Part shown: piece after piece, positions 1 through 8,474 of the stretch
Layout of the letters: the number at the start of each line of letters is the position of its first letter
How positions within the stretch are numbered: the first letter of the stretch is position 1
Source of the DNA: a virus
Length of the DNA stretch: 64,000 nt
Virus record (IMG/VR): IMGVR_UViG_3300030102_007483
Span: 7,673 to 71,672 of that record
Reading direction: 5' to 3' (one strand)
Program-made: the position numbers and the translations under genes
The notes under the pieces: model-generated
Told to the model about the DNA's origin: nothing
Databases searched by the model: none
The model's input: only the letters and a program-made list of their open reading frames with translations

Positions 1-51
1 TTCGTTGGATGCACGGACGATGCGGTTTGGTGTTGTCGATTTTGTTGACAT
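1..51 (-). CDS. 5' end of a leftward gene (MSTKSTTPNRIVRASNE...), truncated by the window edge
   Basis: ATG at 51-49 on the minus strand, preceded by the SD-like AAGGAAG (63-57); open to the edge. Not in the ORF track. Confidence 0.6.
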   Translation of the reverse strand, partial: MSTKSTTPNRIVRASNE

Positions 52-131
52 GAGCACTTCCTTAGTGGAAAACGGGACGCTACGCGCCCCAAGGTTGAGA
101 CAACGGACAAACTCCGAATTGAATATGAACG

Positions 132-193
132 TTGTCAAAGAGCACACCTGAGGTCGAAATGACCCCAAGTTCGAAAGCCGACCATTTCGGCTT
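132..193 (-). promoter_or_regulatory. boxA-like antitermination motif preceded by two hairpins (boxB-like)
   Basis: Minus strand reads TGCTCTTTGACAA (144-132), one mismatch from E. coli rrn boxA TGCTCTTTAACAA. Hairpins AAGCCGA-N5-TCGGCTT (175-193) and GGTC-N5-GACC (152-164) lie just upstream in the transcript. Confidence 0.55.
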
Positions 194-272
194 GGTCTGA
201 GAAACAAAACCCAAACATAGTAAGCCGACGTGCTCAACAAACTGAGACGCGATTTACTTGTAAACATTTGGA

Positions 273-303
273 CCTCCTTTCTCACTGTCGTTGGGAAAGG
301 AGG
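273..303 (+). other. Strong 11 bp stem-loop in the non-coding region
   Basis: CCTCCTTTCTC-N9-GGGAAAGGAGG, with one G-U pair on the + strand. Confidence 0.5.
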
Positions 304-397
304 GCCAAGTTGAGCCGTAAAACACTAGTAGTAGTAGTGCAGAAAAATCCTATTGCAAAAGACTCGATTCCGGGTCGTAACCCCGGCAAAAAACAAA

Positions 398-1165
398 GGT
401 CGCGTAAGCGACTCCAACTGCCGCCTTTAGGCGGAATCGAGCCCCAATCCCATAGGGTACGACTCGTTTTGCGAAAAACGACCGCTGGATTTTTCCCCGC
501 ACGCGTGAGGCTAAGGATAGTCCTTCGCGCTGCGGGAGTGAAGCGTAGGCTTTTTCCTTAGAATCTAAACAAGAAGTACGAAAAACTACGAGCGATAGTG
601 ACTTCACTCCGTCTAGCAGCGCAACAGAAATAGTGTCCGGATGTGGCCACCAAATAGACCGGATGACCAAACTTGTTTGGTCACCCCATGCGACTTGCTC
701 CGCTGAGTGGATAATCGCTGTTAACATGGATCACGTATCGTGATTCTGCGATTATACACCTTAAATACTGGTCGCCTAAGCGACTCCTATATACAATTGC
801 CCTTCTGGTTGACTGACCGAGGCAATCGATCGAAGATCGAAAGAAGGGTCAGCGGGGGCAACGTGTTTGGTCGCGGGGGTTTGCCGGTCCAAAAAAGAAG
901 CCAGAGTTCAGAGCGTTTCCCAGCGAATGAAGATGTCCTTTCGTTCGTTCTGCGGTTAGTGATCCGCGAGGAGCGGCTTATCGAACTGGACGGAAGTGAG
1001 TAGAGACCAAATGTCCGAAAACCGAACCAGTGAGAATCGTGTAAGCTACTAGGATTATTGAGGTTTGTCGGCATGCCCGGCGGGCCGGTGGTCTCTAGTT
1101 ACTTCGCGAGGAGGGTCGATAAGGGATAGCGACGAGTGGAAAAAACTGGTCGCGCAAGCGACTCC
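398..1165. repeat. Three dispersed copies of the palindrome GGTCGC-NYAA-GCGACTCC (398-415, 770-787, 1148-1165)
   Basis: Read directly; spacing 372 and 378 bp; each copy follows an A-rich stretch. Confidence 0.85.
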
Positions 1166-1205
1166 GCTGATTGGCTCAAGTAACCAAACTGATCAATCCG
1201 CCCGG

Positions 1206-1383
1206 ACGATCAAGTCACCACGCGACGATGCTGGAGAAACGATGAAGCCCCCACGCGTTGATCCGCCACAACGATGAAACCGCCACGCCTCGATGCCGGA
1301 ACAACGATCAATCCGCCACCCCGCCGCTGAGAGGAACTCGACGTGATCTTCGCAGATAGTTTGAATCCGCCACCCCGTCGCTG
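1206..1383. repeat. Degenerate 32-33 bp tandem repeats (iteron-like), core ACGATSAAnyCnCCACsC
   Basis: Units start at 1206, 1239, 1271 and 1304; AATCCGCCACCCCGYCGCTG occurs at 1310 and 1364 (19/20 identical). Confidence 0.8.
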
Positions 1384-1588
1384 GTCGTAGCAGTACTTAT
1401 AATACCGGAACCGGAGGTTGATAGTGGAGGGGGGGAGGGTACCCCTGTTGTGCGCCGTACCACCCATAATGCCGAGAGCGCTTTCCCGACCGGGCCTATT
1501 CCCCAACTGCCTTACCGCTGTGGTATTACCACCTTGCTACGAAAGGGCTTACGTGGTACTTTTCTGATCCAACCCATTGAGGACCACT

Positions 1589-2206
1589 ATGCCACGACCC
1601 AAATCAGACGAGATCAAGCTAAATTTAGACTCCGACACCCTTGAACGACTGGACAGACTGGTACCGATCGTCGCTTCATCGGCTGCTGCTAGAGAGTTTG
1701 GGGTCGAAGTCGACCGTAGACTGGTCTCTCGGGTCGCTTTGTTGCGTGGTCTGACCGCTATGGAGGCGGCGGTGCCTCAAGAATCGGCACCTACACCGCC
1801 AGAAACTCCTGTTATGGACGTCGCGCCCCCTCCTCCGCTGTCGATTCCGGTCCCGGAGCCCGAAAACGAGCCAGAATCGGAGTCTGAAGAGGTCTCGATG
1901 GACGTTGAGTCCGTCGAAGTTGGGGATGATGGCTTGATTCGGCCCCCTGAAGGCTGGAATCTGTGGAGTTCTCGGGAACGGATCCCGCCGGAGCACGTAG
2001 ATGTCGACAACCACTACCAAAAAGGTGGCTGGAACCGGTACTGGGGACGTTCTGGGGAGGAAGTTATTGCGTTTTATTGGACTCCAGAGCCGGAAAAGCA
2101 GGATTATCCGTCATATAAGAAGACTGACGCCAACGGTAAGGAGATTATTGTGCAGAAAACCCCATATGGCCCCGGTCACATGATTCCCCACGGGTGGTCA
2201 GCGTGA
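1589..2206 (+). CDS. Hypothetical protein, N-terminal ribbon-helix-helix-like DNA-binding segment, Pro/Glu-rich linker, Trp-rich C-terminal domain
   Basis: SD GAGG before ATG 1589; MPRPKSDEIKLNLDSDTLERLDRL resembles CopG/RHH starts. Confidence 0.6.
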   Translation: MPRPKSDEIKLNLDSDTLERLDRLVPIVASSAAAREFGVEVDRRLVSRVALLRGLTAMEAAVPQESAPTPPETPVMDVAPPPPLSIPVPEPENEPESESEEVSMDVESVEVGDDGLIRPPEGWNLWSSRERIPPEHVDVDNHYQKGGWNRYWGRSGEEVIAFYWTPEPEKQDYPSYKKTDANGKEIIVQKTPYGPGHMIPHGWSA

Positions 2207-2661
2207 AACTGCAACCAACATCCGAAGAAATCGCGGCATATTTGGAAGAAATGAACCCTGAAGCCTTAATGTACGAGGGATTCGAGGATGCTCTGGTTGG
2301 ATTTGCGAGTCGGTGCTCGACTCAGCCACTCGCTTTGTACGATCGCGGGAAATGCATTGATATCCTAGTAGATAGCGGAATGAGTCCCGAAGATGCCGAG
2401 GAGTACTTCGCATATAACGTCGAAGGTTGCTGGGCTGGACCCAACACTCCTCTAATCGCCGCCTTTTGTCTTGAGCCGATAGGACTCCGGTACCCCATAT
2501 CGAACTTGGAGTTGATTACAGAGACGGGCGGTGACGTCGAGGTATACGTCGGCAGACATACCGGGCCGGAATCCGTGACCGACTCTGCAGATACTGGGTC
2601 GGGTGGCGTAGACGGTGCATCCGAGTCCGGGGGTCCCGTCGGATCTAGTAAACAAACCTAA
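2203..2661 (+). CDS. Conserved phage hypothetical protein (GFEDALVG...YD..KCIDIL...M..EDAEEYF.YN.EG.WAG..TP family)
   Basis: GTGA start/stop overlap with the upstream gene; motif recalled from a widespread phage family; last ~67 codons overlap the antisense gene. Confidence 0.75.
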   Translation: MKLQPTSEEIAAYLEEMNPEALMYEGFEDALVGFASRCSTQPLALYDRGKCIDILVDSGMSPEDAEEYFAYNVEGCWAGPNTPLIAAFCLEPIGLRYPISNLELITETGGDVEVYVGRHTGPESVTDSADTGSGGVDGASESGGPVGSSKQT

Positions 2662-2808
2662 ATGTCCGCACGATCCGTCAGGTTTAATTTTAAAATCAAA
2701 CTGTTTATCCTCTTCCGGCAGCTCGATGTAGGGCAGTCGGTCCTTTATGTTGGCACAACAGCACCCACAAGATGTGCATTCAAACCTTTTATTGAGAGAT
2801 TTATTCAT
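2452..2808 (-). CDS. YkgJ-family cysteine-cluster (CxxCxxCC) protein
   Basis: FECTSCGCCC...DGSCGHL...CTVYATRPSICR is the complete YkgJ/CxxCxxCC signature. Confidence 0.85.
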   Translation of the reverse strand: MNKSLNKRFECTSCGCCCANIKDRLPYIELPEEDKQFDFKIKPDGSCGHLGLFTRSDGTPGLGCTVYATRPSICRVGHGFRPGMSADVYLDVTARLCNQLQVRYGVPESYRLKTKGGD

Positions 2809-2992
2809 GCCTTTGTATGTATTTAAGTGTGATAAGTGCGAGGAAAAGATCGAAGTCTTACAGGCGTTCGGAGATCCTGAGCCCGATTGCCAAGACTGTC
2901 AGGTACCGATGATAAAGCAAGTTGCCTTTGCTTCGTTTATCTTGCAGGGGTCTGGTTGGGCAAAAGACAACTACGGATTGAAGGAAGACTAA
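2807..2992 (+). CDS. FmdB-family zinc-ribbon protein
   Basis: MPLYVFKCDKC...CQDC...FILQGSGWAKDNY matches the FmdB consensus (MPxYxYxCxxC...FKGSGFY). Confidence 0.9.
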   Translation: MPLYVFKCDKCEEKIEVLQAFGDPEPDCQDCQVPMIKQVAFASFILQGSGWAKDNYGLKED

Positions 2993-3027
2993 ACTCGTTA
3001 TAGTATTTTTAAGGAGAACGATCGATT

Positions 3028-4167
3028 ATGGCATTGAAGGAAACCAAATCTCCTCAGGAAATTATCAACGAGATGAAGGCAGAGGAGCGTAGTCGATTAG
3101 CAAAAGCCGAGATCGAGATGGAGGGCGCGACGATTAGAGGTGCTATGCCGACCTTTAAGAACCTCACCAAAACTATCGATTACGGTATGACAGGGGATTC
3201 CACCCCTCGCCGCGACCTTTCTCATCCAACTGGTCAGATTTTTACGTTGCCCAACGGTAATGAAGTTGTGCTCGTCCCCGAGGCCGAGCTTCCAGAATTT
3301 TTGTTCGACGACACTGTGACAGGGAAGGATACAAACGAGGTTCGCGAATACTATCCACAGCGCCGGAGGCCCGAATATGACCCGTCCACTTACGAAGAAT
3401 ATGTTCTGAAGAGGCGCAACGATCGATTACGCAGAAGGAGAGTTAGCCCTCGTAATGAAGATGAGGGAGTCGATGCTCGACGAGTTATGGTCCCCGAAGC
3501 TGCCAAAGCCCTCAGAAAAGATAGAGCTTTTGGGGTTGAGGGCAGCTTTCCGGTTCATCATTTGGGTAATGGATTTTTCGTTCTGTTAGGTGTTGAGCAG
3601 CAGTATCAGCCTGATAAGAGTTCTTTCGGTACATATGAAATGACGTCTGACGGTCCTGTCCGCACCGACGACGGGCAACCAACTACGAAGTCTATCCCGA
3701 TCGTATTTTATTCCGATCCAAATAAGCCCATTGAATATGAAGCCTTAGACGATTACGACAAGAAAACTGACACGTATAGTTACGTCAAAGACACGCGCCC
3801 CTCGTTTGGTGGTTATCTTTTGGACCCCTCGCGGAACTATGTCCGTCAGGGGTATCGGTCTGTCTCTGACACGCAGGTGCCGTTCTACAACGTTGATAAG
3901 TCTAAAATTAAGCCGGAGTTGATACCGGACTTTACGGGGCGTGACGTTATCGAGGGGTACAAAGCTGCCAAGGCGGCATCTAGGTCTACACCTCCACGGG
4001 AGGTAAAGCCTCCTCGGGTGATGAAGCCTGCGCCGCCACCAGAGCCTCGACCAGAGCCTCCACCGTCGTTTCAAGGTCGTGAGGTACCTGTGGTCGATAC
4101 CTTAAAGGGTCGACGTCGTAAGGCAAAACGAAGATTTGCTGAGCGTCAGGAACTTACAGATGAATAA
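3028..4167 (+). CDS. Hypothetical protein with Pro-rich C-terminus
   Basis: 379 aa ORF, SD AAGGAG. Confidence 0.75.
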   Translation: MALKETKSPQEIINEMKAEERSRLAKAEIEMEGATIRGAMPTFKNLTKTIDYGMTGDSTPRRDLSHPTGQIFTLPNGNEVVLVPEAELPEFLFDDTVTGKDTNEVREYYPQRRRPEYDPSTYEEYVLKRRNDRLRRRRVSPRNEDEGVDARRVMVPEAAKALRKDRAFGVEGSFPVHHLGNGFFVLLGVEQQYQPDKSSFGTYEMTSDGPVRTDDGQPTTKSIPIVFYSDPNKPIEYEALDDYDKKTDTYSYVKDTRPSFGGYLLDPSRNYVRQGYRSVSDTQVPFYNVDKSKIKPELIPDFTGRDVIEGYKAAKAASRSTPPREVKPPRVMKPAPPPEPRPEPPPSFQGREVPVVDTLKGRRRKAKRRFAERQELTDE

Positions 4168-4202
4168 GTAGTTGTTATACTTGGTCGAACAAGGAGTTTA
4201 CT

Positions 4203-4526
4203 GTGGCGGCGGATCCCGAAAAAGATAAAGATGAAGATGCTGACTTCGACGGTAAGAAAGTCGACGTCAAGGTTGTTAAGCGTAATCAGAGTTTGCCCTC
4301 TATGGTCGCCAAGAAGAAATCCAAAAAGGGCAGATTTGTTCGTGCCGGACGAAAGAAGGTCGGTGATGATACCCCGCAAAAAATGATTGACGCCGCTAAG
4401 CGTGATCTTCAAAAGGGGGACAAAAAAAGTTTTCCTGATTTGAACAAAGACGGGAAGATTACGAAGGCTGATATCCTCATGGGTCGTGGTGTGAAACCTG
4501 CAGGCAAAACAGACAAGTCTCAATAA
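4203..4526 (+). CDS. Small basic protein with an EF-hand-like motif
   Basis: SD AAGGAG plus GTG start; FPDLNKDGKITKADIL is a DxNxDG Ca-binding loop. Confidence 0.75.
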   Translation: MAADPEKDKDEDADFDGKKVDVKVVKRNQSLPSMVAKKKSKKGRFVRAGRKKVGDDTPQKMIDAAKRDLQKGDKKSFPDLNKDGKITKADILMGRGVKPAGKTDKSQ

Positions 4527-4544
4527 ATATTTGGAGAAGTAGAA

Positions 4545-4766
4545 ATGGATGAAGCGAAAGAAATGATTGAGGAGGAAAAATCAAAACTTCAATCACAGGC
4601 ATTTGGTCCCAAAGGCGGCAAGTTGACTAAGCGTCAGGAAAAAACCATGAAGGCGCACTCTGAGCATCACAGCAAAAAACACATGGACTTTATGCGTAAA
4701 GAGATGCTGAAAGGCGTATCGTTCACAGAAGCCCATAAAAAAGCGCAAAAGAAAATAGGGAAGTAG
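4545..4766 (+). CDS. Small His/Lys-rich phage protein
   Basis: SD GGAG; HSEHHSKKHM...SFTEAHKKA motif. Confidence 0.7.
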   Translation: MDEAKEMIEEEKSKLQSQAFGPKGGKLTKRQEKTMKAHSEHHSKKHMDFMRKEMLKGVSFTEAHKKAQKKIGK

Positions 4767-4768
4767 TC

Positions 4769-6742
4769 ATGGCTGACAAGGCTAAAAATATTTTGGGTAA
4801 TCCGCCTTCGATACCTGACGAAGATATTGCGGCTCCGGACCAAAAGGCGATCGAAAGATTTGAGTCTCGTGAGACATACAAGGGATTTAAGATTCCTCGT
4901 ATGAATCCAAACACGGGCAAACCTATGACAATGCCGGAACGTCGAGCCTTTAGAAAAGCTATTGATGAGCGTGAAGCTTTTGCTCCATCATTTCAGAGGA
5001 AATTTCCTCGTGTGGCGGACGATATTATCGGCGACACATTTCGTGGCGTTAAGAGATCTGCGAAAGACTCCGCTCGAGAAATGTTCAAAGAAGCCGAAGG
5101 TCTTAAGAAAGTTCCCGGCTTGGCGGCTGATGTTGGTGAAGGATTATTTGAGGCGGCCACTATTGTGCCCCGAACCAAAGCGGCGATTGCTGCCGATCCT
5201 GAGGGCGCTAAGCAGTTTGCTAGAGCCGTAATGTCTGGAGACCGAGAGGCAATACGGTCGATGGCTACAGAGGCTTCTGAGGGCGTTGCAGAGCCTTTCG
5301 CTACCTTTGGAGATGCAGTTTTGTCTGCGGATGCTCTCGAAAGGGGTGAGCCTCTTGAGGCTGCTGGGTACGCGGGCCTTGTCCTTGCACCTTCAGTCTT
5401 GCAGCTTTTGGGTAAAAACATTTCCAAGGGTTGGTTGAAGAGTGCCGCTGAGGCGGGCGAAGAGATCCCTGATGAAGCCGCAAGGAAGATGAACGACCTT
5501 GCGAAGCGTGTAGACGAAGGAAAAGTCACAGACGACATGCAGGTCCGACGTGAGATCGCGGCAATCGAGGACACTCATAAAGCTGAGTACATGCAAAGCA
5601 AACCCTCAGGCGGCGAGCGTAAATCAGCTTTCGAGCCCTTCCCTGAGTATGTTCCGTCTCCAACCGGTATAACGTCTGATCAAAGTAAGAGGAACATTGA
5701 AGACGTCGTCAGTAAGGTCAGAGAAACCTCTGAGCGCGTTATGGGCAAGCCCCCCGGCAGCGGTGGCCGTAGCATTGAGGAGCGTTTAGCCTCAGAGGGT
5801 ATTCCAGTCCGTATGCCAGCGGGAGTTGCTAGACCCCAGAGCACTGACGCTCTCATGAGAAACGCTATTAATAATTTTGATATGTTTGGTAGTGGCTTGG
5901 GCGGACCCACCAAACTCTACAGAGTGGGGCAGCCTAACTTTCCTGAAGGTTTTTCTTACATGGAAGCCAGTAGTCCAGAAGCTTTAGAGCAGATTTTGCT
6001 GACTAATGGCGAGCTTTTCGAAGAATTTATCGACATGGGTGGACTTGCTGAAGCCACTGAAGGTGGTGTTAGGCGCGATATCTCGGACTTTATTTCTGAG
6101 GCGTCACCAGAAGAATCAGCGAAATATTTTGGTATGAAGGGTGGAGGCGGAGGATACCCCGGCGGCGGTGGTGGAGTAGCTGAATTTAGGGCGATGCAAG
6201 AGGGTATACGGAGCTTCTTGAAATCTTCGGACCCTGATGCATTGATACGACCAAATCCGTCACCTAAATTTGGTTTGTCGGATCAAGGACATCACAATGT
6301 CGTAGAGGATTTGGGTCCGCTTCTTCCCCAAGACAGAAACCTGCTTGAAGAGTTTGCAGGTAAATACAATTTGAGCGAAACAGAGTTGCGTCAGTTGCGG
6401 GATGAGTATGTAGCCTATGGGTATGATGATTTCCCATCAAGATCTCAGCGTGGTTTTGAAGAAATCGACATCCCCGACGATCGCTCAAGAGGCGGTCGTA
6501 GCATCGACGATATTGAGGGACCGTCTGAGGCTGAGATTGAAGAAATGATTGGTAAGGATTTCCGTGAGGATATGCAGGAAGATGCCAAGCGCAGGAACTT
6601 TGAGCAATTTGGTTTGGAGGCGGTCAAAAATGATCCCACTGGACGGCTTGCTCGCAGGCGTCGGCAGAGGATGAAAGGTACAGAGCGGGATCGTCCTCGC
6701 GGTGGTGCTAGACGTCGAGATGGTTTGGACGACGATAACTAA
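4769..6742 (+). CDS. Hypothetical 657 aa protein, possibly virion-associated
   Basis: Long ORF tightly coupled to the upstream gene; Ala/Gly-rich helical N-terminal half; internal GGRSI(E/D) repeat. Confidence 0.75.
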   Translation: MADKAKNILGNPPSIPDEDIAAPDQKAIERFESRETYKGFKIPRMNPNTGKPMTMPERRAFRKAIDEREAFAPSFQRKFPRVADDIIGDTFRGVKRSAKDSAREMFKEAEGLKKVPGLAADVGEGLFEAATIVPRTKAAIAADPEGAKQFARAVMSGDREAIRSMATEASEGVAEPFATFGDAVLSADALERGEPLEAAGYAGLVLAPSVLQLLGKNISKGWLKSAAEAGEEIPDEAARKMNDLAKRVDEGKVTDDMQVRREIAAIEDTHKAEYMQSKPSGGERKSAFEPFPEYVPSPTGITSDQSKRNIEDVVSKVRETSERVMGKPPGSGGRSIEERLASEGIPVRMPAGVARPQSTDALMRNAINNFDMFGSGLGGPTKLYRVGQPNFPEGFSYMEASSPEALEQILLTNGELFEEFIDMGGLAEATEGGVRRDISDFISEASPEESAKYFGMKGGGGGYPGGGGGVAEFRAMQEGIRSFLKSSDPDALIRPNPSPKFGLSDQGHHNVVEDLGPLLPQDRNLLEEFAGKYNLSETELRQLRDEYVAYGYDDFPSRSQRGFEEIDIPDDRSRGGRSIDDIEGPSEAEIEEMIGKDFREDMQEDAKRRNFEQFGLEAVKNDPTGRLARRRRQRMKGTERDRPRGGARRRDGLDDDN

Positions 6743-6830
6743 TAGTTTTTGTTGCCGTTTTTCCTGCTCATGGTAGGATTTCTGTGCGTGATGATGCGCT
6801 TTTGTAACTCCTAAAAAGGAATGGAAAATC

Positions 6831-7478
6831 ATGGCTAAGTTTAAGCAAGAACAAATTATCCCCGGCGTAACGAAGACTCGTTCGAACGCCATCAAGGTTC
6901 ACTGTGGTGCTGCTATCGCAGAGAACGACATTATCGTCGCTACTGGTATGGAGGGTGATTTCCTGTCATGTGTGCCTGCCGACAACACGGACATTACTAA
7001 GTGTCGTGGTCCCTTCTTTGTCGCCGACTTTGCTGGTGCGTCAGGAGAGTTTCTCCCTCTTGCCCTGCCGTACAAGGTCATCACTGACAAGAACACCTCT
7101 GCCGCTGCTCAAGTTGGTGACGCCGTGTACTTGAGCACTGGCGGAGATGTCACTCTGGGTGCCGTGCCTGCTGCAACTGCTGATGGTGCTGCCTTCAGCG
7201 CGAACGTTCGTGTTGGTCGGATCACAAAGGTTGACGCTAGTGCAGGAGCCTACGTCCTTGAGCCTAGTGTAGCTAACGGTGCTCCAATCGTGGGCAAGGT
7301 GACATGCAGCGGTACATCATCGACAGTCACCGGTTTTACCGCAGAGCTTAATGGTGCTCCGGTCGTCGTGTCTATGGACGCAAACATCGCGACAACAGGC
7401 GCGGTCATTGCAGCAGGCACACTGACGATTCACCATGCCTCGTCCACCGACGATGCTACATACGCCATCTTCGCCTAA
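6831..7478 (+). CDS. Capsid decoration/cement-like protein (DUF2190-like)
   Basis: Beta-rich Ala/Gly/Thr composition; AIAENDIIV..., VGDAVYLSTGG..., RVGRI motifs; SD AAGGA; followed by a terminator. Confidence 0.55.
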   Translation: MAKFKQEQIIPGVTKTRSNAIKVHCGAAIAENDIIVATGMEGDFLSCVPADNTDITKCRGPFFVADFAGASGEFLPLALPYKVITDKNTSAAAQVGDAVYLSTGGDVTLGAVPAATADGAAFSANVRVGRITKVDASAGAYVLEPSVANGAPIVGKVTCSGTSSTVTGFTAELNGAPVVVSMDANIATTGAVIAAGTLTIHHASSTDDATYAIFA

Positions 7479-7493
7479 ACAGCGTAGACAAAG

Positions 7494-7531
7494 AAAAGCC
7501 CCCGGTCGCTTAGGCAATCGGGGGTTTTTTA
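7494..7531. terminator. Bidirectional intrinsic terminator between convergent operons
   Basis: AAAAG-CCCCCGGTCGC-TTAG-GCAATCGGGGG-TTTTTT. Confidence 0.85.
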
Positions 7532-7532
7532 T

Positions 7533-8471
7533 TTACTGACGAAGAAGAAGTTCTTGTTCGACCATGGCCTGCTTTCGCAGTTGGTCCATCATTTCTTCGA
7601 ACGACCGTGGATCTCCGCCCTCTGTACCAGATGCTGTGTCGGGTCCCATGTTCATTAGCTTCATACCTTCGGGTACTGGCTCAGGCTCAGGTTCCGGCTC
7701 AGGCTCAGGTTCTGGGGCAGGTGGTGGATACAACGCTCGTACCATCTTGACGGCATCTTCGGGAGTCACGTTAGCTCGTGCCAGTTCGCAGAAGCGATCG
7801 AACGCGTCGTCGTTTTCGTATACGTCTGACGCAGTAGTCGTCAGCCATTTTTCGAGTTGATCGACTTGCAATTCTACTTGGTTGTTTTGGAACTCCTCCA
7901 GTTGTTGGTAGACCTCTTGATACTGTCGCAGTGCTTTGTCCCGCTCTTGTGCGGCCTTTTCGAGCGCGCTTCCATGCGACATCGATGCCTTCTCGTGTGC
8001 CTGCTCTGCTTCTCTACGCAAGGTTTGCAGGGCCGAGTTGTGGGCGATCTTAAGCTCATCGATTTCGCGTTGTTTGGCGACCATAGGATCGATATCGCCG
8101 TGCATCCATCGTTGGACCTTGATCTCGTTCTCTCGAACTGTTTTCATCAGATCATCAACGGCGCGACGTTCCTTAGCAAGTTCTTGAAACTTCGATGTGT
8201 ATCCACGTTGGTAGTTCTGATACTTGCCTTGAATACCTTCGATGATCGTGTTTCGAATCGCTGGGTCAAGTTGCTGAACCCATTCTTTCGAGTTCAGATC
8301 TTCGATTTCGCCGTTCCACTCGAATACGGGGGGTGCTTCAACCTCTTCTTCAACTTCGACAGGTGTAGCTTCTACAGTCTCCTGTGGTTCGGCACTCACC
8401 TCCACTTCTGCGGCAGGTTCTGCTTCAGTTGTTTCTGGTGTTTCTACAGCTTCGTTATCTTCGTTGAACAT
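7533..8471 (-). CDS. Capsid scaffolding protein (putative)
   Basis: Acidic N-terminus, coiled coil, YQRGYTSKFQELAKERR resembles the scaffold motif 'DYTRKTQELA'; downstream of the portal in the same operon. Confidence 0.75.
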   Translation of the reverse strand: MFNEDNEAVETPETTEAEPAAEVEVSAEPQETVEATPVEVEEEVEAPPVFEWNGEIEDLNSKEWVQQLDPAIRNTIIEGIQGKYQNYQRGYTSKFQELAKERRAVDDLMKTVRENEIKVQRWMHGDIDPMVAKQREIDELKIAHNSALQTLRREAEQAHEKASMSHGSALEKAAQERDKALRQYQEVYQQLEEFQNNQVELQVDQLEKWLTTTASDVYENDDAFDRFCELARANVTPEDAVKMVRALYPPPAPEPEPEPEPEPEPVPEGMKLMNMGPDTASGTEGGDPRSFEEMMDQLRKQAMVEQELLLRQ

Positions 8472-8474
8472 GAA

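Noticed and set aside
1206-1383. CRISPR or TIGR array interpretation of the 33 bp repeats
   Set aside because: Units are degenerate along their whole length with no constant-repeat/unique-spacer pattern or box C/D motifs; no Cas1/Cas2, effector or Nop-domain gene is visible.
268-1644. Short ORFs in the left region (268-561, 350-727, 740-1003, 787-1074, 1065-1277, 1210-1506, 1450-1644)
   Set aside because: They overlap on both strands, lack convincing SD sequences or family motifs, and cross repeats; the region is treated as non-coding.
7673-7712. Short tandem repeats here (PE repeats) and at ~10141-10178 (GDG repeats)
   Set aside because: In-frame low-complexity protein linkers with unit lengths divisible by three; no sign of phase variation.
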